Source of the DNA: Eledone cirrhosa
Taxonomy: Eukaryota
Assembly (NCBI GenBank): GCA_964016885.1
Contig: OZ024743.1
Span: 164,052,001 to 164,116,000 of the forward strand
DNA length: 64,000 bases
Direction of reading: 5' to 3'
Each line of letters opens with the position of its first letter. The first letter of the stretch is position 1. Below the pieces are notes generated by a model that was not told where the DNA came from, ran no database searches, and was given only the letters and a program-made list of their open reading frames with translations. Made by a program: the position numbers and the translations under genes. Below are positions 11,698-23,864 of the stretch, piece after piece.

Positions 11698-13389
11698 TAC
11701 ATATTTGGCAACTGGCATAATCTGATAAGGGAACCATGTGTGGAAATTGAAGCAATTATATTACAGGAAGAGTCATTTCTACTCACTTAACCCAGACAAA
11801 ACTAGCTCTAGTTCTATGAAGCAAAGCCATCCTTTTTAAAGTATTCCTGTTTAAACTCTTCCAACATAATTTTATATAAGAACCATAAGTTACTATATTA
11901 GTAATGAAATGATTAGTAATTTTAATAAATAACCCAAAACTCTTTGTTTGTTGATTGAAATAGACTGTATTTTGATATACAGTCATGAAAGGGTGAAGAA
12001 CTTATATGAAGGGACGTAGCCTAGTGTTTAGGGTATTGGAATCACGATCATAAGAGCATGGGTTTGATTCCTGAACTGTGTGATACATTGTGTTCTTGAG
12101 CAAGATGTTTCACTTCACAATAGGACAGGCCTCTATCATCAAAACACCCAAGAAACCTCCTATGAGATGTAGCCATGTAGGAAGCCTGCTGAACATTTGA
12201 AAAAATGTACTGTGGTTAATATGATTGACTAAATTTCTTGATAGCAGTGCTGATGCATGGCCTCAGTCTAATTACTGAAATCAAAAAAAGTCATTAACTT
12301 CGAATTAGGACTGACTGAAACTAATGACATGCCCAACCTGTGTCGGGAAGCTGATGTAATAAGATGGTGATGATGATTTAAATGCTCTTCTTTTTTGTCT
12401 TTATGCTAAATGGAAAAAAATGAAATTTACAATTCACACAGCTGGCCTCCTATGAGGTTGTATCTTGTAGGAAGGTTCATGTGTGTTTTAATGGCAGTCA
12501 CTCCAGACCTTTCATGAAAAGCAGCATGAAATGAAGTGTCTTGTTCAAGAACACAACACATCATTTGGTTCAGAAATCAAATCCACGACCGTATGATTCT
12601 GAATCCAACATCCTCACCAAATGAATGCAATTGAAAATGTAGAAGAATTGGGGAACCTGGGATTGCAAAGGGAGGAATATGAATTGGGTCTCTGAGAAGC
12701 ACTGTGTTAGAACTTTGAGAGGAACAATATTAATGGAGAAATACTGCAAGACCTTGGGTCTACCCACAAGAGATGTAATTCAGTTCTGCCATGCCAACAT
12801 TCTGTGAATTATGATGGTTACTTTTACTGCCAGGAAATTGTTCTTGAAATAGAAAGAACTCATTACTCTTAGTTGAGTAAATTACATTCTCATCTGCAAT
12901 CTAAAACTGCCAGACACTCCATTGTTTCTTATCTTCCTAACTTACCTCCTCTTCCTCCTAATTATTAGTATTGTTGCTGCTGTCACTGTTGTCGTTGTTG
13001 TCGTCGTCATTAATTTTTTCATCCATTATATATATTTTTTTACTTACTTTTTCCCACTCAATGATCTGTCTGAAAATACTCTTCATCAATATTTTAGCTT
13101 GAATTCTATTGTTTCTTTTTCTTTTCTTTTTGTTGTTTTGTTTCTTCCCAATATAGCTCCACTGTAGATATGTTTCCATGCTGTTCAATAATGAGCTATA
13201 TGCAAACTATATTATTGTTTATGAAAGAGAGATTAAAAAAAACACATGTTAGTCAAAGATGGTTTATGGTGACCCTGTAAGAGCAGTATTTCCCAAACAG
13301 GTTCCTAAGAACCTCAGGGTTCTGCAAGATAAAATGTCTTTTAATTAAGTTTAATGAAAAATTTATGCATTTCTTTTAATATGAATATA

Positions 13390-13720
13390 TCCATCCATCC
13401 TTAACTCCTAATGGAATCATAGGGGTGCTGTCATGACATATGACGGGTGTTAGGCATTTTAACCTGGTATTTCTCCAGGTTTGAACACAGCTCATTTTTA
13501 TTTTCCAGCTAGAGTGAGAGAGAGGCAAAGATATAAAATGAGTAAGAGATAGACGAAGAATCATTTCCAGTACTTGACTGGTACAGTACATTATCAACCT
13601 TGAAAAGATAAAGGGTAATTCTAGTTGTGGCAGGATTTGAACTCGGACTGCAGAAATCTAGAACAAATACCACAAAGCACTCTATCCGACGTTCTAACAA
13701 TTCTGCCATTCTGCCACCTT
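13390..13720 (-). mobile_element. tRNA-derived SINE, second family
   Basis: Minus-strand head TGGCAGAATTGTTAGAACGTCGG...GAGTTCAAATCCTGCC; tail similar to 58370-58460. Confidence 0.65.
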
Positions 13721-15465
13721 GTGAATAAATACTCTTTCTCTACAACAATTTTTGTTTCATTTTCTTATTTTTCTAATGAAATACAATGTCTATGATTTTC
13801 AACAATTTGGAAAAAATTCAAGAATTTGCAAAGATTTAGTAATATAACTTTCTCATTATTAAGCTGGTGTTTGGAGCGTATCTTAACAAAATTTCCTATA
13901 TAAAATTTTGATGAAATCTTTTTAGATAAATATAAACACTTTAGAAAAAACAGTGCTATATTGTAAAATTAGGGGTGGTTTCATATAAAAAATGTTAATA
14001 TCTTAACATTTAAGATTGTGCATAAGCATTGGTGTGGGTACTGTGATTTTAAAAAATCATATAATTTGTTCCGTGACAAAGTATGTTTGGAAACCATTAG
14101 GATAGAGAAAGAATACATTAGCATTTCTATTTCCTATTGCTTTCAGTTTGGCCTATTAGAGATGTTGTGGTTTGTTTAGCCACATGACACCCCTTGATAA
14201 AAACTGTTCCAGTCTTCACCATTCAGTATTCATTCTTTTTCAAATTATCTAATGTGTCCTTTCTTTTTTAAAATGGTACAATATTGAGGGAAATTTAGCT
14301 GCTATATCTAGTAGGTCCAGCAAATAGATAGAGGCTTGACTTACAGTTGGTTTAAGTATTGCCAGGTGATCCAAGTGGAATGAAGACTCAGTGGTGGTGA
14401 ATGCTAATATCAAAATACTGAATGCTGAACCTCACAAAGGAAGACAAGTGGTGAGATGTGTTAGAGAGAACCCATCCAATCCATGCAAGTGTGGAAATGA
14501 TAATTATACATACTGTAAAAAGAAATGTAGCCAGCTATGAAAAAAAGAAACAAAAACTGGGACTTAATTGTCCAACTCATGCCAACAGAAAAAAAGAGAC
14601 ATAAAATGATGATAATGGTGATGTTGGAGATATATATAAAATGCAGCAGCAACTCTGTAGAAGTTATGTATGTATGCCATATAAACTCAAATATAGGAAT
14701 ATGTGACCAAAACATTGATGGTAAAATAGGTGGGGGTGGTCAGCTTATATTCAGGGTTAATATTTCGATGATTTTTACCAACTTCAGATTCTATGTAAAT
14801 AAGGTGTTAAAATATCTGGAAAAATTATTTCACAATGAAACACTGTTTTTCTACATTTACTATATTGTGAGTTTTATTTATGCATTGCATTGAGAACATT
14901 CCCAACAAATATTATTTGAATTTTTTAATACATAAATATCCCCCACACATATACACATGAATGCATGTATGTGTATATGTGTGATTCTTTTTTATTTTTT
15001 AAATAATACCTTAAACTAACAATATATATCTATTTCTTTATATTCTGTTAATTTAGAATTTTATGCTTTTTTTATTTTCTAATTATGAAGAAATAAAATT
15101 TGCTAAAAATGTGGCAGGTGATCTTATTTTCACTTGGGGGTTTTATCTGTACCTTTCAGTGATTTTCTTACACATGTAACATGTTTCTAACTGAATCCAA
15201 TACTCGGAACTATTCATTTGTCTTTTCATCGCCCATCACGAAAAAAGATAAACTACACGCTAAACTAGTCCTTGTAATCCATTTTTGGTGTCAGAAAAAT
15301 TTCAAGCCCACAAAATCACAAATACAAATTCAGTGTAACAGAAAATACATTTTATTTAGAAGAGCAAATTTGGAAACAGAAGGCAACCTGGAGAATATGT
15401 ATATATATATATATATGTATATAAAGATGAGTATTGACGTACATGTATGTGAATACTCATCTTTT

Positions 15466-15863
15466 AAGACCCGCCTTACCTAAATACATAGTAAAACCTT
15501 CTACAGCCAGTAGGCATCTCTAACAAAATACACCCCCGTCCCACCACCCACACCCCATCCACACAACCCCCTCCTATGTAAAGTTATGCTGGTGCCACAC
15601 CATCCAGGCCGAAACAAATGAGATCGTGTAGGTGTCACGACAAAAAAACACAGTCCACGCCGTAATGTGGCCGTGTAGGCAACACGGTAAAAACCTCCCA
15701 GACCCACACTGTAAATGTGGTTGGTGTTAGGAAGGGCATCCAACTGTAGAAAACCTGCCAGACAGTCCTATGCGAGCAAGACAATCACTCTTGCCTCAAG
15801 TGGGAATACCCCCGTCCAAACCCATGCAAGCGTGGAACACGGACGTTAAACGTTGATGATGAT
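15466..15863 (+). mobile_element. Extreme 3' end of RTE LINE (last codons KTRLT* plus 3'UTR)
   Basis: Homologous to the reverse complement of 39350-39850; terminal hairpin and GAT tail. Confidence 0.85.
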
Positions 15864-15988
15864 ATGTATATGTATATATGTATATATATATATGTATATG
15901 TATATGTATATATATATGTATATGTATATATATATGTATATATATATATATGTATATATATATATGTATATGTATATGTATGTATATG

Positions 15989-16041
<53 letters not shown>

Positions 16042-16141
16042 GTATATCTATATGTGTGTGTCTGTGTCTCAGCTTGAATTCAAATGCTGCTGAAGTCATT
16101 CTTCAAGTACTCTCGTCCTCTCTTGCACACACACACACACT

Positions 16142-16196
<55 letters not shown>

Positions 16197-16380
16197 GCAC
16201 ACGTGTATACTTTCATAATAATAATAATTATAATAACTACTTAGTTCAAAAGACTAAAATTCAGTGAGGACACAATAAAAGATATTCCATTACCTAAGGT
16301 TTCATGAAATTAGATGATTCTAACATATATATATATATGTACATATATTGATATATGCATATATATATGTATGTATGTAA

Positions 16381-16427
<47 letters not shown>

Positions 16428-16686
16428 CACAGAGCAAATGTTTATTATTGGAAGAGATTAAATGTTGATGCAGAAATCTCTGCTTTCACTCTATCCAGGG
16501 TATATATATATATATACATGTGTGTGTCTGTATTAATATGCATACATGTATGTGTATGCATGTATGTGTATGTATGTATATGTATGCATGTGTGTATCTG
16601 TATGCATGTATGTGTATGTATGTATAAGTAAGTATGTATGTATGTATATGTATGCCTGTGTGTATCTGTATGTGTGTATATGTATG
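15864..16686. repeat. (TA)n/(TATG)n/(TG)n microsatellite cluster
   Basis: Direct inspection. Confidence 0.95.
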
Positions 16687-18320
16687 TTACCTACACGACC
16701 ACATTACAGCATGGACTGTGTTTTTTTTGTCGTGACACCTACACGATCTCGATCTCATTTTCTCGTGCTGTTGGTGGGAGTAGGAGGATAGGGTAGGGGT
16801 AGTGGATTGGGGTGTATATTTGGTTAAGAGGTGCCTACTGACTAGGTTTCGCTTTGTACATAGGCAAGACAGGTCTTCTGTATTACTGCGTAGCGCCAAA
16901 ATCTTGGTCCAGTGACATTGTCTTAGAGAGGTGCAAGTGTGTAAGGTCGGAATTTATCAGATCATCCCAGGTTTTTCTGGGTCTACCTACTCTGCAACTA
17001 CCATCAATGTTGATCGCCCTGCACTTTTTTATGCAGCTGTCGTCTTTCATGCGCATCGTAGTCTTCTCTCAAGAAACAGCATCTGATCCCTCTTATTCCT
17101 AATTTCTCACCTAGTTCATTTATGCTTTGCCGTTCACGTATATTACTATTACACATCCAACGGAGCATGCATGCTTCATTCCTTTCCAGTCTGCGCAGGT
17201 CCACTGCACATAATGCCCATGTCTCACTGCCATGTAGCATTGCTGTTCGTATACAAGCATCATACAGTCTGCCTTTCATTTTTAGAGAAAAACCTTTTGT
17301 GACCAACAGCGGTATAAGCTCTCTGAACTTTTTCCATCCAGTTCTGACTCTGGCTACTGTACTTTCAGAACACCCTCCACCACTGCTGATTTCGTCACCC
17401 AGGTAACGGAAAGTGTCTACTATTTCTATAGAACCATCTGGGCAATAGAAGGAGCTAGTGTCCTTTGGACACTTACTACTTATTGCACCTGAGCATCGGC
17501 CACATATAAAGTCTACGTTCTTAGATAGTTTACCTGTGATCCCACTACATCTTTTATGTACCCATACTTTGCATTTGGGACATAAAATGGAATTTCTGCC
17601 TACTCCTTTCCTACGCACTGAGCATGGCCATTTCCCTGAGGGCACCTGTGCCCTATTTTCCTTTCTACAAACTAGAACTTTAGTCTTAGACAAGTTAACT
17701 TTAAGGCCTTTTGATTCTAGGCCATGCTTCCATGTTTGGAATTTCTTCTCTAGTTCAGCTATGAGCATTAGATCATCTGCGTACAGGTGTTCCCATGGGC
17801 AGCCGGTCTTGAACTCCTCTGTTATAGCCTGAAGAGCAATAATAAATAAGAGGTGGCTAAGGACAGAGCCTTGATGAATGCCAACTTTTACTTCACTATA
17901 TTCATTGTTAATTCTAACCTTACTGACTGTTTCATTATACATAGCTTGTATAGCTCTCATAAGCCATTCATCTACACCTAGTTTTCTGAGAGCCTACCAG
18001 ATAATGGAGCGGGGGACTCTGTCAAAGGGTTTCTCCAGATCTACAAAAGCTAAGTAGAGAGGTTTACTTTTAGCTAGGTACTTCTCTTGTAGTTGTCGTA
18101 CAAGGAAAAGAGTGTCTGTGGTACTTTTACCTGACACAAACCCGAACTGCATTTCATCTAGATCAATTCGCTCTGTGATTAGTTGCGCTATAACTTTTTC
18201 TGTGACCTTCATGACCTGGTCAACTAACTTAATGCCTCTATAGTTTCCCCTATCTAGAGCATCCTCTTTACCCTTGTAGCAGTTAATGATGATGATGCTG
18301 CTATGCCAGTCTTTTGGAGT
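16687..18320 (-). mobile_element. RTE LINE fragment (RT with PHD-like insert, partial 3'UTR)
   Basis: ORFs 17004-17960 (HQGSVLS, YADD, PHD, FRYLG) and 17994-18320 (NYRGIKL, QFGF, AFVDLEK). Confidence 0.92.
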
Positions 18321-18672
18321 TGTCGAAAAGTAGGACTGTCTTCCTGGCGTGGAGGATGATATTTCTTTCCTGGTCGGTGATGGGCGTGAATGTTTCGGCA
18401 AAGTCCAAGGCGGCCGTAAGGAGCAGTAAGGTAATTGATGCATAGTAACTCTCTATGCCAAACTGGATGAATTTTGTGTGTCGTTTGTATTCCATATTGC
18501 TGAACCATGAGATTACTTCCTGGGTGTTGATCCACAGGCTAAGTCTCGCGTTTTGCTTAAATTTTCGTATAACGCGGTCTAGGATTTTTTTACTGATTCT
18601 CCCTATGTCATACTTCGTTGGGTTTATAAGCCTTATGGATGGTTTGCGGTTGAAGTCGGGCTGGGCGTGGCA
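18305..18672 (-). mobile_element. Penelope-like RT fragment
   Basis: Translates PDFNRKPSIRLINPTKYDIGRISKKILD...WINTQEVISWF...KFIQFGIESYYASIT...IILHARKTVLLF, matching PLE RT N-terminal motifs. Confidence 0.75.
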
Positions 18673-20298
18673 CTGTGGACATGATCTTTACAGCCAGACA
18701 ACGGCAAGAAAAGTGTGTTGAGCAGAATGTGGATCTCTACCAGGTGTTTGTTGATCTGACAAAGGCGTTTGACACGGTCAACAGAAAGGCTTTATGGGAT
18801 ATCTTGAAGTTTGTTTCCATTTTGCGTTTGTTCCATGATGACATGAAGGCATGGGTAAATGTTGGTGGAAAGCTCTTTGAGCCGGTGATGGTCGAGAATG
18901 GAGTCAAACAGGGTGACATTCCAGCTCCAACGCTCTTTGCTTTGTACTTTTCCATTGTCTTCGAACAGGCCTTCGGGAACTGCAATCATGGTATATATGT
19001 TCGCTCTCGATCAACTGGAAAGCTGTTTAATATCAAGAGGTTCAATGCTAAGTCAAAGGTTCACTTGTCACTAATCATGGATTTGCTTTATGCAGATGAC
19101 TGTGACCTGGTAGCGCAGACGGAGGTTGATATGCAGCATCTCATGGAAGCATTTTCTAATGCGTGTACTGCATTGGGACTTACCATAAGCCTGAAAAAAA
19201 CAGTAGCCATGTACCAACCAGCCCCTAGTAAGCTATGTTGTGAGCCCAACATCTTGGTTTATGGTGAAAGACTAAGGGTCGTTGGCAGTTTTGTATATCT
19301 TGGAAGCACTCTGAGTATGTCCTGCGATCTTGATGGGGAAATATCAAACAGGATACAGAAAGCCAGTGATGCTTTTGGAAAACTGAACAAGCGTCTCTGG
19401 TCTCAACACGGAATTTTGGTAAAGACAAAGCCCAAAGTGTATCGTGTGTGTGCTCGCGGCACTTCATGCTTGTGAGACGTGGGTGGTCTACCGTAGACAG
19501 ATGAAGCGACTTGAGAGGTTCCACCAATGCTGCTTACGTCGGATCCTCGGCATAACTTGGCAAATGTTTGTCACTGACGTCGAGGTTCTGGACAGAAGTG
19601 GCTGTGATAATGTTGAGTCCCTGATTTTGAAACATCAGCTGCGCTGGACAGGCCATCTTGTAAGGATGAATGACAAGCGAATGCCGAAGCAGCTGCTTTA
19701 TGGCGAGCTCCAAATGCAAAAAAGGAACGCGAGCAAACCCAAGATGTGTTTTAAGGACTGCATCAAGGGGGCGCTCAAGAAAAGTAACATCCCTTGTGAG
19801 CACTGGGAAGCATGCGCTAGTGACCGATCGCATTGGAGGAAAGCAGTGGCTCGTGGCAAGAGTCTATTTGAGGAAACAAGAAGAAGGCACACGACACTAA
19901 AAAGAGATGTCCGGAAACGAATCCATGTTGGCCTGACCTGACATGTGAAACCTGTAATAGGGTTTGTCTGAGCATGGCAGGTCTAAAGAGTCACCTGAGA
20001 GTGCACAAGAACAGGGAAGCAGGCACCTGTGGAGCTATAAGTGTTCATCAGACGACGACATGTAATATTTGTGGAAGGGTATGCAGGTCGAGTAGTGATC
20101 TCACATGACACCTTGGGTCACATGGTACCATGGGCCCAGCACTAGGTGTCAATAATTGTCACAAGTGTAGTGTTTGTACCAGAGTTTTCAAGTCGCTGGC
20201 TGGACTAAAAAGTCACACTCGTTCAGCGTATCGGTAGGGGGTCTCCTACATGGATATAAAGTTGTGGCTGTACTCGAAAATGAGTTGGCAGCCACCAT
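18673..20298 (+). mobile_element. RTE/BovB-like LINE 3' half with three C-terminal C2H2 zinc fingers (frameshifted)
   Basis: FVDLTKAFD, GVKQGD..APTLF, LYADD, FVYLGS, LRWTGHLVRM..MPKQLLYGEL, then three CxxC..H fingers at 19944-20234; no PHD insert. Confidence 0.9.
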
Positions 20299-20299
20299 G

Positions 20300-20348
<49 letters not shown>

Positions 20349-20431
20349 ATGTGTGTGTATATATGTATATGAAAAAACTATTTTTAGAAATATACACAAT
20401 ACAATGGCACAGATAAAGTTCATGTTCACAC

Positions 20432-20469
<38 letters not shown>

Positions 20470-20729
20470 CATGGCTATGGTTGCAAATTCCACCACTCTC
20501 ACCACTAATTAATTTGACAGGTGTCAATAACCCATTGATATCAAAAATTCTTTGGCCAGAGCCTGACAATTATCAGTCACCTTTTTGTTTACTTGAAATA
20601 AATGAACCCTGAAATGTGTTGGCGTTTGTGTGTATGGTTACTTGAGTATGAACGTGAACCTTGTCTTTTATAAGTATTATTCTGTTTATTTCTAATAATA
20701 GTTTTTTGAAAGAATCCCTGTTCTTTAAA

Positions 20730-21190
20730 ATTCCTTTGCCAAGGAGCCTGCAATGGGTTCGTTGGGGTGAGCCTGGCAAGAAGAGTAGCGTCTGTGAGGG
20801 TGATCTCATGGGGTGGGATTTGTCCCAAGACCTGTTGAAGCTAGTTGTAGACAGTGTCCTCTGTGATGTCTGTAGGGGCATAGGCAATGATGATAGTCAT
20901 CTTCCCATGCTGCTGCAGAAAACGGCAGACAGCAAACGGTCACACACTGGATTCCAGCTGATGAGTGACTTGCAGACGTACTTGGGAATGGTCAGTGACA
21001 TACCACAGTGGCCCGTCCTATCCTCAGGGCCACTCCAGATGAGGCAGTGGTCGCCTGCGATGAATTCCTTGCTGTCAGGCCAGCGCGTCTTGCAGAGTCC
21101 TGCCAATGTGCTGTTGTAGTGTGATAGCTCTCGGGACAGTGGGGTGGCCGCTCCAGGGCAAAGGAGCGACAGGACATTACATGTAGCAAA
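20730..21190 (-). mobile_element. APE endonuclease N-terminal fragment of another RTE-like family
   Basis: ATCNVLSL...ELSHY..LAGLCKTRW...LIWSG...LISWNPVCDRLL (APE WNV, ETRW and DRI motif equivalents). Confidence 0.7.
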
Positions 21191-21209
21191 TATATATATA
21201 TATATGTAT

Positions 21210-23790
21210 ATCATCATCATCATTTTATGTCAACTTTTTCTTGCTTACAAGGGTGTGACTGCTCCTCTGTGAGCTTCAATGATCTGAGGTCAGTTCTCAC
21301 CACCTCCGCCCATGTTTTTCATGGTCTTCCTCTATTGCGTCTTCCTTCCACCAAGATTTCTTGGCACTTTTTTGCCCAGCAGTCATCTTCCATGTGCATC
21401 ACATTGCCATACCAATGCAGTCTTCTCTCTTGCACACTGCAGTTTATTCCTCTTATACACGGTTTCATTCTTAACTCGTCCATGCTTGGTCGTTTACGTA
21501 CATTGACATTGCACGTCCATTGGAGCATGCTTGCTTCATTTCTCTCCAGCCTTTGCATATCTTCTGCAGTTTCTGCCCATGTCTCACTACCATGCAGCAT
21601 CACACATCTCACACAGGCATCATATAACCGATCTTTCATTCATAGGGAGAAACCCTTCGTTGTCAACAGAGGAAGCAGCTCCCTAAACTTCTTCCATCCT
21701 GTCCTTATTCTAGATACTGTGGCCTCGGAACATCATCCTCCCTTGCTAATCTGATCATCTAGATATCGGAAGCTATCAACCACCTCTATAGATCCTACCT
21801 GCATTTGAAAAGTGTGCCTATCACTGCCACTTCTATCAATTTTCCCTGAACATCTACTACATATGAAGTTTTTCTTTCCTGTTAGTTTGCCTGCTATCCA
21901 ACTACACCTCTTGTTTACCAAAGTTCTGCATTGTGTACATTGTATAGAGTTTATGCCAACTCTTTTTCTACATATCAAGCGTGGCCATTTCCTTGATGGA
22001 ATCTGTGTCTTGTTCTCTTTCCTACTTATCAACACTTTAGTCTTTGCTAGTTCACTATCAGTCCCCTTGATTCCAACTGCTGTTTCCACAACTGAAATTT
22101 ATTCTCTTCTGATTAGAGAAGTTCCTATGGGCAGCCAGTCTTAAACTCCTCTGTTATGGTTTGGAGGACTATAATGAATAAGAGTAGGCTGAGGACTGAA
22201 CTCTGATGTACTCCTACTTGTATCTGGAATTCCTCACTAAACTCCATTCCTACTCTCACTATACTGACAGCTCCTCTGTACAAAGCTTGCATTGTCCTCA
22301 CAAGCCATTCCTCTATACCTAGTTTCCTTAGGGACCACCAGATGACAGATTGGGGTACTCTACTAAAGGCCTTCTCTAGGTCAACAAAAGCTAAATATAG
22401 TGGCTTATTCTTCTCTAAGAACTTCTCTTGTAGTTGTCTCACTAGGAAGAGCGCATCTGTTGTACTTTTCCCAGGCACAAAACCAAACTGCATCTCATCT
22501 AATTTGACTCTTTCTCTAATTAGTTGTGCTAGCACTCTTTCTGTCACTTTCATAACCCGATCCATCAGTTTGGACACACTTATCTCCAACAACATCCTGA
22601 TTTACACTGACACACTGCCTTGCAATGCAGAACACCTCACGTCTCTGATCCTCTAGTCGCAGAACATTGGCAAACCTCCTACTCTCAGCTTATCTGCATG
22701 CTGTGTATACCTGACGTCTAGCCTCTCTTTTAGTGGCTGAGTATCAGTCTCTACTCCCCCCATTTTTCCAATCCTCCCATGCTTGTCTTTTGTTCCATCA
22801 CCAAGTCACTTTCTGTCTGGTTGGAGCTTTTCTCCAGCCACAAGTCTCTTTAGTTGCGTGCAGTATGTTGTCGCATAAGAACTTACAGTTTTTGTATATC
22901 ATAATATTCGAATTTGTCTTCTTTCTCATCATACACATCTTGTGGGGCTTTCCTAAATTTATATTTAAGTGAAAGGTCCTTAAGCTTTCAGACCTTCCTT
23001 TTCCATACCTTCCTGCGTGTCTCATTTTGTCACTTGTTTATTGAGCTGTCACTAACGACTAACCTATGTTGGGGGGTATATTCTTCCCTGGGGTATGCCT
23101 TAGTATTTGACACCATCTGTCTGTCTCATTGCCCAATTAGCAATAAGTCAATCTGGCTTATGTGCACGCCTGATTGATAGGTGATTAGGTGATTGGCAGG
23201 TTTCCTGAGGTTAGTGTTGCAAAGGGTTAGTTCACTTGCATCACAAAATTTAAGAAGCCTCACTCCTTCTTCATTTCTTGAGCCATGACCTTAACCACCA
23301 TGTACCCAAGTATATCCATCCTGGAGCTGCCCAACATGACCATTGAAGTATAACTAGGTCTCTGTCCTCTGTCACTATGGTTGTCTCTAGAAGTTGCTCG
23401 TAAAAGCAGTCCTTCTCTTCTTTACCTAGGCTCGTTCGGGGAGCATAGGTAGAGATAATTGTCGGCAGTCTATTGCCCACAACTTATCTAATCTTAATGA
23501 TTCTCTTACTTACTCTAACTACTTCTATTGTCTTATTAATCCACTTCTCAACCAGTAAAATGCCTACCCCACCTACCCCATGATCTTTTCTTACTCAGAA
23601 AAGCCTATAGCTAAGCTGTTTGCTTGCGATTAGCCTTGCTGAGGCACCTCTCCATCTCACTTCTTGTATGCAGCACACATCCACATGTCTTCTCTCTAGC
23701 ATCACTACAATCTCACCAGATCTACCTCTGAGTGCCAACATTAAGTGTGGCAACCCTGAGATGTGTCATCTTTTGTTGATTTTTACCTTT
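21210..23790 (-). mobile_element. Degenerate, nearly full-span RTE LINE (APE+RT)
   Basis: RVATLNVGT, VDVCCIQEVRWRG, IISTYAP, VTWW, QFGF, AFVDLEKAF, PHD remnant, MLHGSETW; (GAT)n tail at ~21210-21222. Confidence 0.9.
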
Positions 23791-23864
23791 TTCTCTGCAA
23801 TGAAAAATATTTAAAATCATTATCATCATTATTATTGTTGTGTGTGTGTGTGTGTGTGTGTGTA

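Noticed and set aside
15785-16791. Y/I/C/V/H/T-rich ORFs (also 25.8, 45.6, 47.5-48.0 and 55.3-55.9 kb)
   Set aside because: Translations of (TA)n, (TG)n and (CA)n microsatellites.
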